Positions 8,746-17,287 of a stretch of 64,000 nt of DNA are shown piece after piece; positions within the stretch are counted from its first letter, which is position 1; every line of letters starts with the position of its first letter. Location: NCBI GenBank assembly GCA_964619725.1, contig CAZUFC010000010.1:38277-102276 (forward strand). Direction: 5' to 3'. Below the pieces are notes generated by a model that was given only the letters and a program-made list of their open reading frames with translations, had not been told where the DNA came from and did not search any database. Both the position numbers and the translations under genes were made by a program. This DNA is from an uncultured bacterium. GTDB lineage: Bacteria > CSSED10-310 > CAZUFC01.

Positions 8746-11097
8746 TCAGTATGAGCGTTCTTCCTGCAACTCTAATTCACGACCGTTGTAAGTCGAAATC
8801 CAAATATTTTTTCCATCCGTCCTCACGGTCACTGATCCGTCCTGATCAGTCCTGAATATATGAGGCCGGGAAGGAGCATCTTCCAGGTTTTTTATTACTT
8901 CCGGCGAAGGATGTCCGAAATTATTTCTAATTCCGACGGAAATGACCGCAGCCTTTGGAGAAACCTGCCGGAGAAATTCTGGCGTTGAGGAAGTTATGCT
9001 GCCGTGATGAGCTACTTTCAAAATATCAGCTTCAAGATGCTCTCCGAAGCCCATAAGGGCTTTCTCCAATGGTCTCTCCGCATCGCCGGTAAATAGAAAT
9101 TCCACATTGTCGTATTTAATTTTTAAAATGAGGGAACGGTCGTTTTCCGATAATTTGAATTTTCCGGCAGGTTCTGATTGATAATTGAACACGGGAATAT
9201 TTTTGCTTATCAATTTTTTTAAGAGAGACCGCAACGGTTCTCTGTCCGGAAAACCGTTATGCATAAAAAGTCCGACGGAACGGTTCATCACCAGGGGGAA
9301 CAGACCCATGATGTGATCGGGGTGTTTGTGAGTCAAAACAAGATAATCGATATGCCTGATCCTGACTGTTTTCAGATAATCAATTAATATCTCTTTAATG
9401 AAATGATCGTCGGAAATATAATGACCGCCGCCGTCGATCACCATAATGCTTCCGTCAGGATAACGAATAACGGAAGAATCCCCGTTGCCGACATCAAGAA
9501 AAGTAACGCTCATGATAGACTCGGAATGAATTTTCTGTATAAGACCTGAATAGGAAAGCGACAGCATGATAATGGCGCAGGCAGCCGTGAGTTTTCTGAG
9601 CAATCTGTAACGCATGCCCGGAAGGCAGGCGACAGCGATGTAAAACAGGATTATTTCAAATGCATTGGGTGAATCGCACTCAAGCGTTATGATATTCAGA
9701 CGACTGAAAAAAGAGGCACATCGACAGATTAATTCTGCCGTCAAATGCGCCGGAACAAATAAAATGCTTGCATCCCAGAATGGTATTGAAGAGAGCGCAA
9801 TGGCCGTTAAACCTGCGGCTAAAGTTATCGTCAGCAGCGGTAAGACAATCATATAGGGTATGAATCCGAAGATCGCTATCTGATGAAAATTATAAGCCGT
9901 CAAGGGAATTATTCCGGCCTGAGCTGAAATGCTGACCGCAAATAAGTCCCAGATTCTTCTGCCGTATCTGAATCCGATCTGCGTTCTGACCGCCTGATAA
10001 AGCGTCAGAATAGAAACCGTCGCTATGAATGTTAGTTGGAATCCTGTGAGGAAAATCTCATCCGGCTCAAGAAGTAACAAAAAAAGAAAAGCTAAACAGA
10101 CGGAATTGAATGCATCAGATTTCCTGAACAAGAGTCTGCCGCCGAACCAGAATGCGGCCATGATGAAAGCTCTGAAAACAGGCGGCTGCATACCGGTCAA
10201 AAGCGCGAAAAAACCTGAAATTGTTATGGTTAGAGCTGCAGATGATCGAATGCTCATACCTGTCTTCCGCAAAATGAAATTTATCATTAAGGCGACGATA
10301 CCCATGTGCAGCCCTGAAACAGCCAGGATATGCGCCATCCCGCTTTTGCGAAACGCCTCCTTCCTCTCAAAATTCATCATTGTTTTATCTCCCAGAAGCA
10401 AGGCCGATAATAACCCTTGCGAATCCTCCCACCCTGCCCCCTTAATCCTCTTCTGTATTTTTTCCCTTAAATCGTTGAAAAAACTGCGAACGGAAATATG
10501 TTCGTTTTTTCGATAATTCAGAACGGCGGTTTTCTTCGATATGCTTCCCAGGAAAAAAATATCTTCTGCAGCACACCACCTCTCATAATCGAAAGACCCC
10601 TTGTTTTTATAGCTGTTGGGCTTGTGAAGGCGAACCTCTGCAGTCAGTTTTCCTCCTGTTTCAAAAGGTATATCCAGGTCATTGTAAATGCTTATTTTTA
10701 CTTTTCCGGGTAACTCGGACCATTCTGCACCTTGCTTTAATGTTACAGACGACAACAAAAGTTTACAGCCTGGTTTTATATGCCGGCTGCATTCTTCAAT
10801 CTCCCCAGTGATAATACATTTATCGCCCCGGCCGCCTTTCGCGGATAAAACACCCTTATACTCGCCCTGTTCAGAGTCATATCGAATAATGCCCGATATA
10901 AAGGCAATCAGAACGACCGCCAATGTTCCCCAGACATATTTTTTCCTTATCCAGGTCCATATCACGAAAATCGGGATGACGGGAAACAGAAAGATCGATA
11001 TTGAACCCATCCATGGAAATCGCTCCGAGATAAGAATACCCGCTCCGAAAGCCAATGCGAAAGGCATAAACGGCCGACGCATAATTATGTTCTTCAT
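8746..11097 (-). CDS. comEC: DNA uptake channel ComEC/Rec2
   Basis: OB domain with N.G.FDY; Competence domain G.AHILAVSGLH and GFQLTF; metallo-beta-lactamase domain FLDVGNGDS, THKHPDH, LKVAHHGS, N.FGHP. Confidence 0.95.
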   Translation of the reverse strand: MKNIIMRRPFMPFALAFGAGILISERFPWMGSISIFLFPVIPIFVIWTWIRKKYVWGTLAVVLIAFISGIIRYDSEQGEYKGVLSAKGGRGDKCIITGEIEECSRHIKPGCKLLLSSVTLKQGAEWSELPGKVKISIYNDLDIPFETGGKLTAEVRLHKPNSYKNKGSFDYERWCAAEDIFFLGSISKKTAVLNYRKNEHISVRSFFNDLREKIQKRIKGAGWEDSQGLLSALLLGDKTMMNFERKEAFRKSGMAHILAVSGLHMGIVALMINFILRKTGMSIRSSAALTITISGFFALLTGMQPPVFRAFIMAAFWFGGRLLFRKSDAFNSVCLAFLFLLLLEPDEIFLTGFQLTFIATVSILTLYQAVRTQIGFRYGRRIWDLFAVSISAQAGIIPLTAYNFHQIAIFGFIPYMIVLPLLTITLAAGLTAIALSSIPFWDASILFVPAHLTAELICRCASFFSRLNIITLECDSPNAFEIILFYIAVACLPGMRYRLLRKLTAACAIIMLSLSYSGLIQKIHSESIMSVTFLDVGNGDSSVIRYPDGSIMVIDGGGHYISDDHFIKEILIDYLKTVRIRHIDYLVLTHKHPDHIMGLFPLVMNRSVGLFMHNGFPDREPLRSLLKKLISKNIPVFNYQSEPAGKFKLSENDRSLILKIKYDNVEFLFTGDAERPLEKALMGFGEHLEADILKVAHHGSITSSTPEFLRQVSPKAAVISVGIRNNFGHPSPEVIKNLEDAPSRPHIFRTDQDGSVTVRTDGKNIWISTYNGRELELQEERSY

Positions 11098-11131
11098 TTT
11101 ATAGCTCCTTTCCGGTTTTTTATTCTGCCGG

Positions 11132-11641
11132 CTATGGACTACTGCAAATCGTCAGGTCTTTCAGTTTCTTCAATTTCTTTTCCCCGATGCCCCTTACTTC
11201 CAACAACTCCTCCTTCGCTTGAAAAAGCCCGTGTTTGTCTCTGTAATCTATTATGCTTCGTGCCGTTGTGTAGCCTATGCCGTCCAGTAAACACAGCAAC
11301 TCCGTCGGGGCCTTGTTTAAATCGATCAATGTTCTGAAAGGATTCAGCACCATTACTTCAACAGCGCCTTCGGCCGCAGGAAATATAAATGCCGTTTCGG
11401 GTACCAGATTTTGTTCTTTCCTCGCTATTCCAGTCTTAGAATCTGGTCTCTCAAAAGATTCTCCGCTTTCCGGCACATCAGTTTCTCTTTGAGACGTTCC
11501 TGAGTCGTCATCTTTCGTTTCCGCTTGAACGGGACGCGCAGCAGAAATTAATTGACCGGCAGTTATCAGCCAGAAAGGTCCTATCGCTATAATAGAAAAA
11601 ATAATCAGAATAACCTGATGTTCCTTGCATACAATCTTCAT
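11132..11641 (-). CDS. comEA: ComEA family helix-hairpin-helix DNA-binding protein
   Basis: N-terminal TM helix; IDLNKA..E.L..LDGIG...A..II.YR...G.F...EELLEVRGIGEK; directly upstream of comEC. Confidence 0.9.
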   Translation of the reverse strand: MKIVCKEHQVILIIFSIIAIGPFWLITAGQLISAARPVQAETKDDDSGTSQRETDVPESGESFERPDSKTGIARKEQNLVPETAFIFPAAEGAVEVMVLNPFRTLIDLNKAPTELLCLLDGIGYTTARSIIDYRDKHGLFQAKEELLEVRGIGEKKLKKLKDLTICSSP

Positions 11642-11743
11642 TACTCCTCTCCTTTTTCATCCGATTCGCCGCTTGTCGGACTAAAAAATTAAGGGGAAAA
11701 CATTTGCTTTCGGGAATTCCCTTTCTGATGCCGGTTATTTTTT

Positions 11744-11760
11744 AGCAATCTTCATGCCAA
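11744..11760 (-). promoter_or_regulatory. Sigma-54 (-24/-12) promoter for comEA-comEC
   Basis: Minus strand TTGGCATGAAGATTGCT = GG-N10-GC, about 100 nt upstream of comEA. Confidence 0.7.
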
Positions 11761-11858
11761 TTCCCCAAAAGGATATTTTTTGACTGTTGCTTTGAAATTA
11801 TTACAATGAATACGGGAAGCTCAGGCTTCTTCGTGGGTTGACGAAAACAGGCAGGTAA

Positions 11859-12674
11859 ATGATTATCAATTACAAAAATTTAAATCTTGTCACAGTCCTT
11901 CTGATCACGGGCTGTCTCATCGGTCTGCTCTCCGTCGTCTGGTTTACCAAAGCGGCGGGCAATACTCCATTGACCGAAATGGAAATAATTCGACTCCATA
12001 ATGAAAATATAAGCGATACGGCGATCATCAGTCACGCTCAATCCTGCGGACTGGCTTTTTCTTTAACTACGGACGCAATCATTAATCTTCGCCGTTCCGG
12101 AATAAGCAACCACGTTATTGAAGAATTGATCCAAATCGCCGACACCCAAACGGTTGATGAAGAAATTGATGCTTCAGCCTCGCCCATTGAAGAAAACGAA
12201 GGATATTTTTCTTCACAAAAGTCTCCTTTCGAAAATGACGGCCCTGTCGAATCAAACCAAAAAACTTCTTCTTCACCGAATTGCACCTATCTTAAAAAGC
12301 TCGAAGAAATAAACAACCGTTATGAAAAAACCAGTCGATTGACGCTCAGCACACTCACTTCATCACTGAATACATCATCAATCGATGAAATTCTTGAAAA
12401 CAAAAAACGGCAAAAAAATGAAATTTCCTTTTTAAATGCGCCGACGGAACTGAGGGAATTGCATCGACAAATCCTCGATTACATGGATAAGGAGATGGAA
12501 TTGTTTCACTACGTGAAGCAAATAATGAAAGGCGACGTCGGCGCAGCAGCTACAGCTAAAAATAAAGCCTATAGCATTCTGAACGAAGGAAAATCAATAT
12601 ACTCCCGGCATAATTCATTCAGAAGAAAATGCGGCATGCCGCCCCTTCCCGACCTGTCCATGTTCAATTTCTAA
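11859..12674 (+). CDS. Hypothetical exported or membrane-anchored protein
   Basis: N-terminal hydrophobic helix; small LT..EII.L....ISD..II...LT.DAII.L...GIS..VI domain; acidic linker; helical C-terminus. Confidence 0.6.
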   Translation: MIINYKNLNLVTVLLITGCLIGLLSVVWFTKAAGNTPLTEMEIIRLHNENISDTAIISHAQSCGLAFSLTTDAIINLRRSGISNHVIEELIQIADTQTVDEEIDASASPIEENEGYFSSQKSPFENDGPVESNQKTSSSPNCTYLKKLEEINNRYEKTSRLTLSTLTSSLNTSSIDEILENKKRQKNEISFLNAPTELRELHRQILDYMDKEMELFHYVKQIMKGDVGAAATAKNKAYSILNEGKSIYSRHNSFRRKCGMPPLPDLSMFNF

Positions 12675-12675
12675 C

Positions 12676-12732
12676 TAGTGTCTGTCCACAAACTAGAATC
12701 TCGATTCAAAATTTAATGCTGGACAGCCACTA
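12676..12732. repeat. 57-bp dispersed palindromic unit
   Basis: TAGTGTCTGTCCA...TGGACAGCCACTA terminal inverted repeats; CTAACTAG at both junctions (12671-12678, 12730-12737). Confidence 0.85.
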
Positions 12733-12801
12733 ACTAGCCGGATCGAAAATTTAAATCCTCAACCATCAGCAAACCGGCACGACAACGCAAAAATCATCAA
12801 T

Positions 12802-12906
12802 TCAAATTTTTTGAACTTTTTTCAAAAAATTTGACCCCCTTGAATGTAAGCCCAGCCTTGTTTCACTGTTTTTACCCACCTTGAAATTCAAATTTTTTGA
12901 ATTTCA
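12802..12906. promoter_or_regulatory. Two related AT-rich palindromes, possible operator sites
   Basis: TCAAATTTTTTGAA-N5-TTCAAAAAATTTGA (12802-12834) and TGAAATTCAAA-TTT-TTTGAATTTCA (12882-12906). Confidence 0.45.
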
Positions 12907-12990
12907 TCACAAAAATGATGCTTCCTGATTACGGTCCCTATGCTCCGTATCATAATAAAAAATAAAAAAATTCATGATCAATAAAGGGAT

Positions 12991-13015
12991 GGCGAAGGGG
13001 TCAGAGCCCTTCGCC
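12991..13015 (+). repeat. Short REP-like repeat, copy 2 (full hairpin)
   Basis: GGCGAAGGG-GTCAGAG-CCCTTCGCC. Confidence 0.7.
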
Positions 13016-13326
13016 GATGATTGTAAAACCTTGTTTATCCGCTTGCTCTTCCGTCGCGGCCGGTCTTGGCTCCCTATGCCTGTTCACTGATTGAGGGCAA
13101 AACAGGTGATGTTTTCCTGAAAAAGGCGCCATTCTTGCTGCCGCATTGTTGATCTTGTCGATCGATTCAGTACCAAATTTTTCATGTGTCGTTTTATTGC
13201 CGTTTAAGGCTTAGGAAAATCTCGAAATCATTGAGAAGTCGTAAGAAAGGAGGAAGCATTACTTTATCCGGACGCATGGTCCGGGGCAAATCTACAATTC
13301 GAGTTTATGGAGAGACGCGGGTCAGG

Positions 13327-14025
13327 TTACTTTTGGGCAGTTTCTGTCCTGGAGAGCATAATCACGGCTCGTTCCTCACCTGCCGATTCACCGGCAAAAG
13401 TCGTGATGAACGGCAGCGTCCATTGTCCGGGTCTGACCGTCATCGACGTCTGCATTTGTTTTGTCTGCAATACCGGTTTGCCGACTTCCAAATCCACTCC
13501 GGGGATATCCTCTCTTGCAGTAACCGCTACGACTCTTATTTCATACTCGACTCTGATCATTTGTCCTTCAGGGACGGCTGATACTTTCAAAGTAATTCCA
13601 GACGATTCGGACGGATCGATCTCTTTTAAAGTAAAACGACCCTCCTCCTTCTCAAAATACTGCAGTCGCCACATTGATTGAAGTTCCGCCGACTGCCCGA
13701 CAGGATGACCGATACGGTGTGAGGCTAATCGCTCTCCTCCTGCTTCTGCAGTTTTTTCTGCAATAATTTTCGGCAAGTCGTTCAATGCCGTTTTTTCTTC
13801 TATCGTTTCAATTCCCAAATTCTCCATCAGAAAGGCCACATCCAGATCATCTGTTTCGACAGCCTGTTTCAGCCAGGGTGTATCCATCGGAAAACTGAGA
13901 AAAAAAGCAATGGTGGCATATTTTTGATTGTCATCTTCCTTATTTCCAGCCTGGATATTCGCCGGAGAACCAAAGAATAAGAATACAAAGAGGGCAATCG
14001 TGGAAATTTTCAAGTTTCTTTTCAT
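13327..14025 (-). CDS. Exported protein with a secretin-C-terminal-like beta region
   Basis: ATG after AGGAGG (MKRNLK...); signal peptide; SGITLKVSA...P.LQTKQMQTSMTVRPGQ...ERAVIML resembles secretin strands. Confidence 0.5.
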   Translation of the reverse strand: MKRNLKISTIALFVFLFFGSPANIQAGNKEDDNQKYATIAFFLSFPMDTPWLKQAVETDDLDVAFLMENLGIETIEEKTALNDLPKIIAEKTAEAGGERLASHRIGHPVGQSAELQSMWRLQYFEKEEGRFTLKEIDPSESSGITLKVSAVPEGQMIRVEYEIRVVAVTAREDIPGVDLEVGKPVLQTKQMQTSMTVRPGQWTLPFITTFAGESAGEERAVIMLSRTETAQK

Positions 14026-14081
14026 TTTTACCTCCTTCTGCCTGCATCTTTTTGGATGCATTCTATGATTTTAATCGTTAA

Positions 14082-14489
14082 CTAGTTTTTGTCCATAAAC
14101 GACGAATTTTCCCCTATCTGCGTCAGACTTCGGATTTGCTCAGTCGGCTGTATTTCAAAACATGTTGTTTTTTCCGTAAAAATTCTATCACCCAGGTTTT
14201 TTTTTGAGGATAAATCGAGATGTTCAATCATTTTCGGAGAAGGCAGCGTCAGATACACGACTGAGCCTGCGGCCGGCTGGTTCATCATTTCGAATTGGAG
14301 ATGAGCGCTCAACAGGAATCCTGCAGTTAGACAAAGGGTGCATGCGGCGATACAACCCCACAGGGGAATAGGTATGGAAAAGAAGCTCTGTTTTCTGCCG
14401 TTTCCGAGCATATTCCGGATTTTGTTATCTAAAGAGTTGGGGACAGGTTCCAGCGGAGCGTTTCGAATGATATCTTCCAGGTCTTTCAT
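14082..14489 (-). CDS. Putative single-TM anti-sigma factor
   Basis: ATGA overlap with the ECF sigma stop codon; short cytoplasmic N-terminus, then one TM helix (IPIPLWGCIAAC...). Confidence 0.6.
   Translation of the reverse strand: MKDLEDIIRNAPLEPVPNSLDNKIRNMLGNGRKQSFFSIPIPLWGCIAACTLCLTAGFLLSAHLQFEMMNQPAAGSVVYLTLPSPKMIEHLDLSSKKNLGDRIFTEKTTCFEIQPTEQIRSLTQIGENSSFMDKN
14083..14153. mobile_element. Left half of the MITE-like element, inside the 3' end of the anti-sigma gene
   Basis: TAGTTTTTGTCCATAAACGACGAATTTTCCCC...CTGCGTCAGACTTCGGATTTGCTCAG closely matches the left half of the element at 44165. Confidence 0.8.
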
Positions 14490-14968
14490 CTGTTTTTCTC
14501 CTCCATTATTTCCCTTAGTTTCATCAAACCTCTTCTGTACCATGAGGCTGCGGTATTAATGGAAGCCTCTTTCAGAGCGGCGATTTCTTTAAAAGTGAAG
14601 CCGGCAATTATTTTCAGCAGAATGGTTTCTTTTTCGTCTTTGGAGATACGCATAAAAAAAGCATCGAGCTCCTCAAGCGTAAAACGGTCATTAGAGAATT
14701 TTTTCGAGTATTGCAGATTGAAAACGGAAGCATAATTATTTTTCGATTCGTCCCGTCGTTTCTGCAAAGCAGCGTTTCGCACGCAACGAAAGACATAGGG
14801 TTTAAGGTCCTCCGGCAGTTCGTTCCTTTTCAGGAGATTTAAAAAAGTTTTCTGAACGGCATCTTCAGCGTTCTCTCTGTTCTGAGTCAGGGAAAGAGCG
14901 TAAGAATAAAGATGTTGTCTGTGTTTCCGGTAAATTTTCAGCAGTTTTTTCTCTTTTTGATCTTTCAT
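14486..14968 (-). CDS. ECF-type RNA polymerase sigma-70 factor
   Basis: Region 2 LYSYA..LT...E.AEDAVQ.TF; region 4 E.ILLK...GFTFKEIA......NT..S...RG..KLR; start set at MKDQKE. Confidence 0.9.
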   Translation of the reverse strand: MKDQKEKKLLKIYRKHRQHLYSYALSLTQNRENAEDAVQKTFLNLLKRNELPEDLKPYVFRCVRNAALQKRRDESKNNYASVFNLQYSKKFSNDRFTLEELDAFFMRISKDEKETILLKIIAGFTFKEIAALKEASINTAASWYRRGLMKLREIMEEKNR

Positions 14969-15084
14969 AACTTTTCCAACTCCAAATATACCACGGAGAA
15001 GGAGGCTTCTTTTGTGCACATAAAAATATTTTATCCCAGAGAAGCGCCGTTAATGCTGAAGGTATCGAAAATGTAAGGCTTTGA

Positions 15085-15103
15085 AAAGGGGTCAGAGCCC
15101 TTT
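15085..15103 (+). repeat. Short REP-like repeat, copy 3
   Basis: AAAGGGGTCAGAGCCCTTT in the divergent promoter region. Confidence 0.6.
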
Positions 15104-15147
15104 CCGAGCCCTTGCCATTTAATGTATACTGTTTCGGGAGACTTCTT

Positions 15148-16494
15148 ATGAGGGGATTAAGAGGACTGGAAATAGCTGAAGTGATGGAGGGGAGTCGGTC
15201 TTTCATGGCGGGGCTTCGTCCTGGTGATCGGATAATTTCCGTTAACGGTTATTCTTGTCGTGATGAGCTTGATTTTTGTTTTTACGCTTCTGAAGAAGAA
15301 GTGTCGATTGAGATTGAGAGACCAGGCGGTGAGAAATGCCGGATAAATTTGATTGCGGGGGATGGTGAGGAAATGGGGATCATTCCTGTTTCCATGAAGA
15401 TAAAAAGGTGCGCCAATAATTGTATATTCTGTTTTATCGATCAGAATCCCGCCGGTTTGCGTAAACCGATATATATCAAGGACGAGGATTACAGGTACAG
15501 TTTTCTTTACGGCAATTTCGTCACCTTGTCGAATCTTACGGACAGGGAGCTTGCCCGCGTCGTCAAGCAACGGATGAGCCCATTATATATTTCCATCCAC
15601 GCCGTTGATGAGGAAGTTCGCAGGAAGTTGCTGGGCAATGCTCGGGCTCGCCCCATTCTGCCGGTTTTGAATGAGTTGAAACAGGCCGGCATTCGGATGC
15701 ACGGTCAGATCGTTTTATGTCCGGGAATCAATGACGATGCGGCGCTAGATGAATCGATCCGGGAATTGTATCATTTTTATCCGGAGCTGGAATCTCTGGC
15801 TGTTATTCCGGTAGGATTAACGAAATACCGAAATAACCTGTATCCGTTAAGGCGTCCGGATGCCGTCTGGTCTGAAAGACAATTGTCATATGTTCATCGG
15901 AATCAGCGTAAAATTTACCAGGAAACCGGCGTGTGCTTTGTTTATGCAGCAGATGAATTTTATTTGAAAGCAAACAGGGAAATACCGGAATCGGTAAAGT
16001 ATGACGATTTCCCGCAACTCGAAAACGGCGTGGGGATGATCAGGAAATTCTGGGATGAGTGCCTGGAGCAGATGAAGAACCTTCCCGCTGATGTCGATCA
16101 TAAGGCGAATTTCACTTTAGCGACGGGAACGGCTGCAGTATCCGTATTGAACAAAATTCTGGAAAAGATCAATAAAATTAAAGGGGTCGAGATCATAGCG
16201 GCGGGAGTGAGCAACCGCCTTTACGGCGAGTCGGTGACTGTTGCCGGACTGTTAGCGGGAAAGGACCTGGCGGACGCGCTGAAGGGGGAAAAAAGAGATT
16301 GTCCCGTACTGATTCCTGATGTTATGCTTAATCCGCAAACAGGACGTTTTATTGACGATATGAGTTTGAAACAAGCGGAAAAGATGAGTCAGCGGGAGAT
16401 AAAGGTTTTACCCTCTTCCGGAACAGAATTCATAGAGGCATTGGTGGAAATTTTAATGAGCGGGGAGAGGAAAGAGGAAAATGAAGGATGTTGA
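15148..16494 (+). CDS. DUF512 family PDZ-containing putative Fe-S/radical SAM-like protein
   Basis: PDZ-like GLRPGDRIISVNG; CANNCIFCFIDQ; KDEDYR.SFLYGNFVTL; Q.ENGVG; VTVAGLL.G.D. Confidence 0.9.
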   Translation: MRGLRGLEIAEVMEGSRSFMAGLRPGDRIISVNGYSCRDELDFCFYASEEEVSIEIERPGGEKCRINLIAGDGEEMGIIPVSMKIKRCANNCIFCFIDQNPAGLRKPIYIKDEDYRYSFLYGNFVTLSNLTDRELARVVKQRMSPLYISIHAVDEEVRRKLLGNARARPILPVLNELKQAGIRMHGQIVLCPGINDDAALDESIRELYHFYPELESLAVIPVGLTKYRNNLYPLRRPDAVWSERQLSYVHRNQRKIYQETGVCFVYAADEFYLKANREIPESVKYDDFPQLENGVGMIRKFWDECLEQMKNLPADVDHKANFTLATGTAAVSVLNKILEKINKIKGVEIIAAGVSNRLYGESVTVAGLLAGKDLADALKGEKRDCPVLIPDVMLNPQTGRFIDDMSLKQAEKMSQREIKVLPSSGTEFIEALVEILMSGERKEENEGC

Positions 16495-17242
16495 ATCATT
16501 GAGAAATATCTTGCGATATTATCTGAATTTTCAGAAATCCTGGGGTATAGAATTCGTTCGCAGCGAGCAGCGTCCGGCCCCTGGACCGGCGGTTCAAGGG
16601 GCGACTGAGGCGAAGGAAAAAAAGAAACCGGAAGAGGCTCAGAAGAAGACGGTTAAATATACGATGAGCGAGAAAATTGCGGCGCTTCAAGCTATAGAAG
16701 AGCAGGTTAAGGGATGCCAAAAGTGCCGGCTTCATGAGCACAGGAAGCAAAGCGTATGCGGTGAAGGGAATCCTAATGCGGAGCTGATGTTCGTGGGAGA
16801 AGGACCGGCAAAGATGGAGGATTTGTCCGGTAAACCTTTCGTAGGACCGGCCGGTCAATTGCTGACTAAAATGATCTCGGCCATGGGTTTGACTCGCGAT
16901 CAGGTTTACATAACGAACATAGTGAAATGTCGTCCTCCGGGCAATCGCAATCCGCGCGACGATGAGATGGATCAATGTGAACCTTACCTGATTCGCCAGA
17001 CGGAAATCATCCAGCCTAAAGTCATTGTAACTCTGGGCTCACCGTCTTCTCTGCGCCTGCTGAAAACCGCCATCCCTATTTCTGCTTTGAGGGGCAAATA
17101 CAGGAAATACAGGGGCATCAAAGTTATGCCTACATTTCATCCGGCTTACTTATTGCGTAATGAGCAGGAGAAAATCAAAGTATGGGAAGATTTGCAACAG
17201 GTTATGCTGGAACTGGGAATACCTTTGCCCGGCAAGAGATAG
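16481..17242 (+). CDS. Uracil-DNA glycosylase, family 4
   Basis: C..C.L Fe-S ligands; FVGEGP; PFVG.AG.LL; N.VKCRPP.NR.P; TFHPAYLLR. Confidence 0.93.
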   Translation: MKDVESLRNILRYYLNFQKSWGIEFVRSEQRPAPGPAVQGATEAKEKKKPEEAQKKTVKYTMSEKIAALQAIEEQVKGCQKCRLHEHRKQSVCGEGNPNAELMFVGEGPAKMEDLSGKPFVGPAGQLLTKMISAMGLTRDQVYITNIVKCRPPGNRNPRDDEMDQCEPYLIRQTEIIQPKVIVTLGSPSSLRLLKTAIPISALRGKYRKYRGIKVMPTFHPAYLLRNEQEKIKVWEDLQQVMLELGIPLPGKR

Positions 17243-17287
17243 CGGAAAATTTTTACCCATAAAAATTATTGATGCATCCTTATATTT

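Noticed and set aside
13186-13681. Plus-strand ORFs 13186..13581 and 13307..13681
   Set aside because: Antisense to a gene with a clear RBS and signal peptide, and no protein features of their own.
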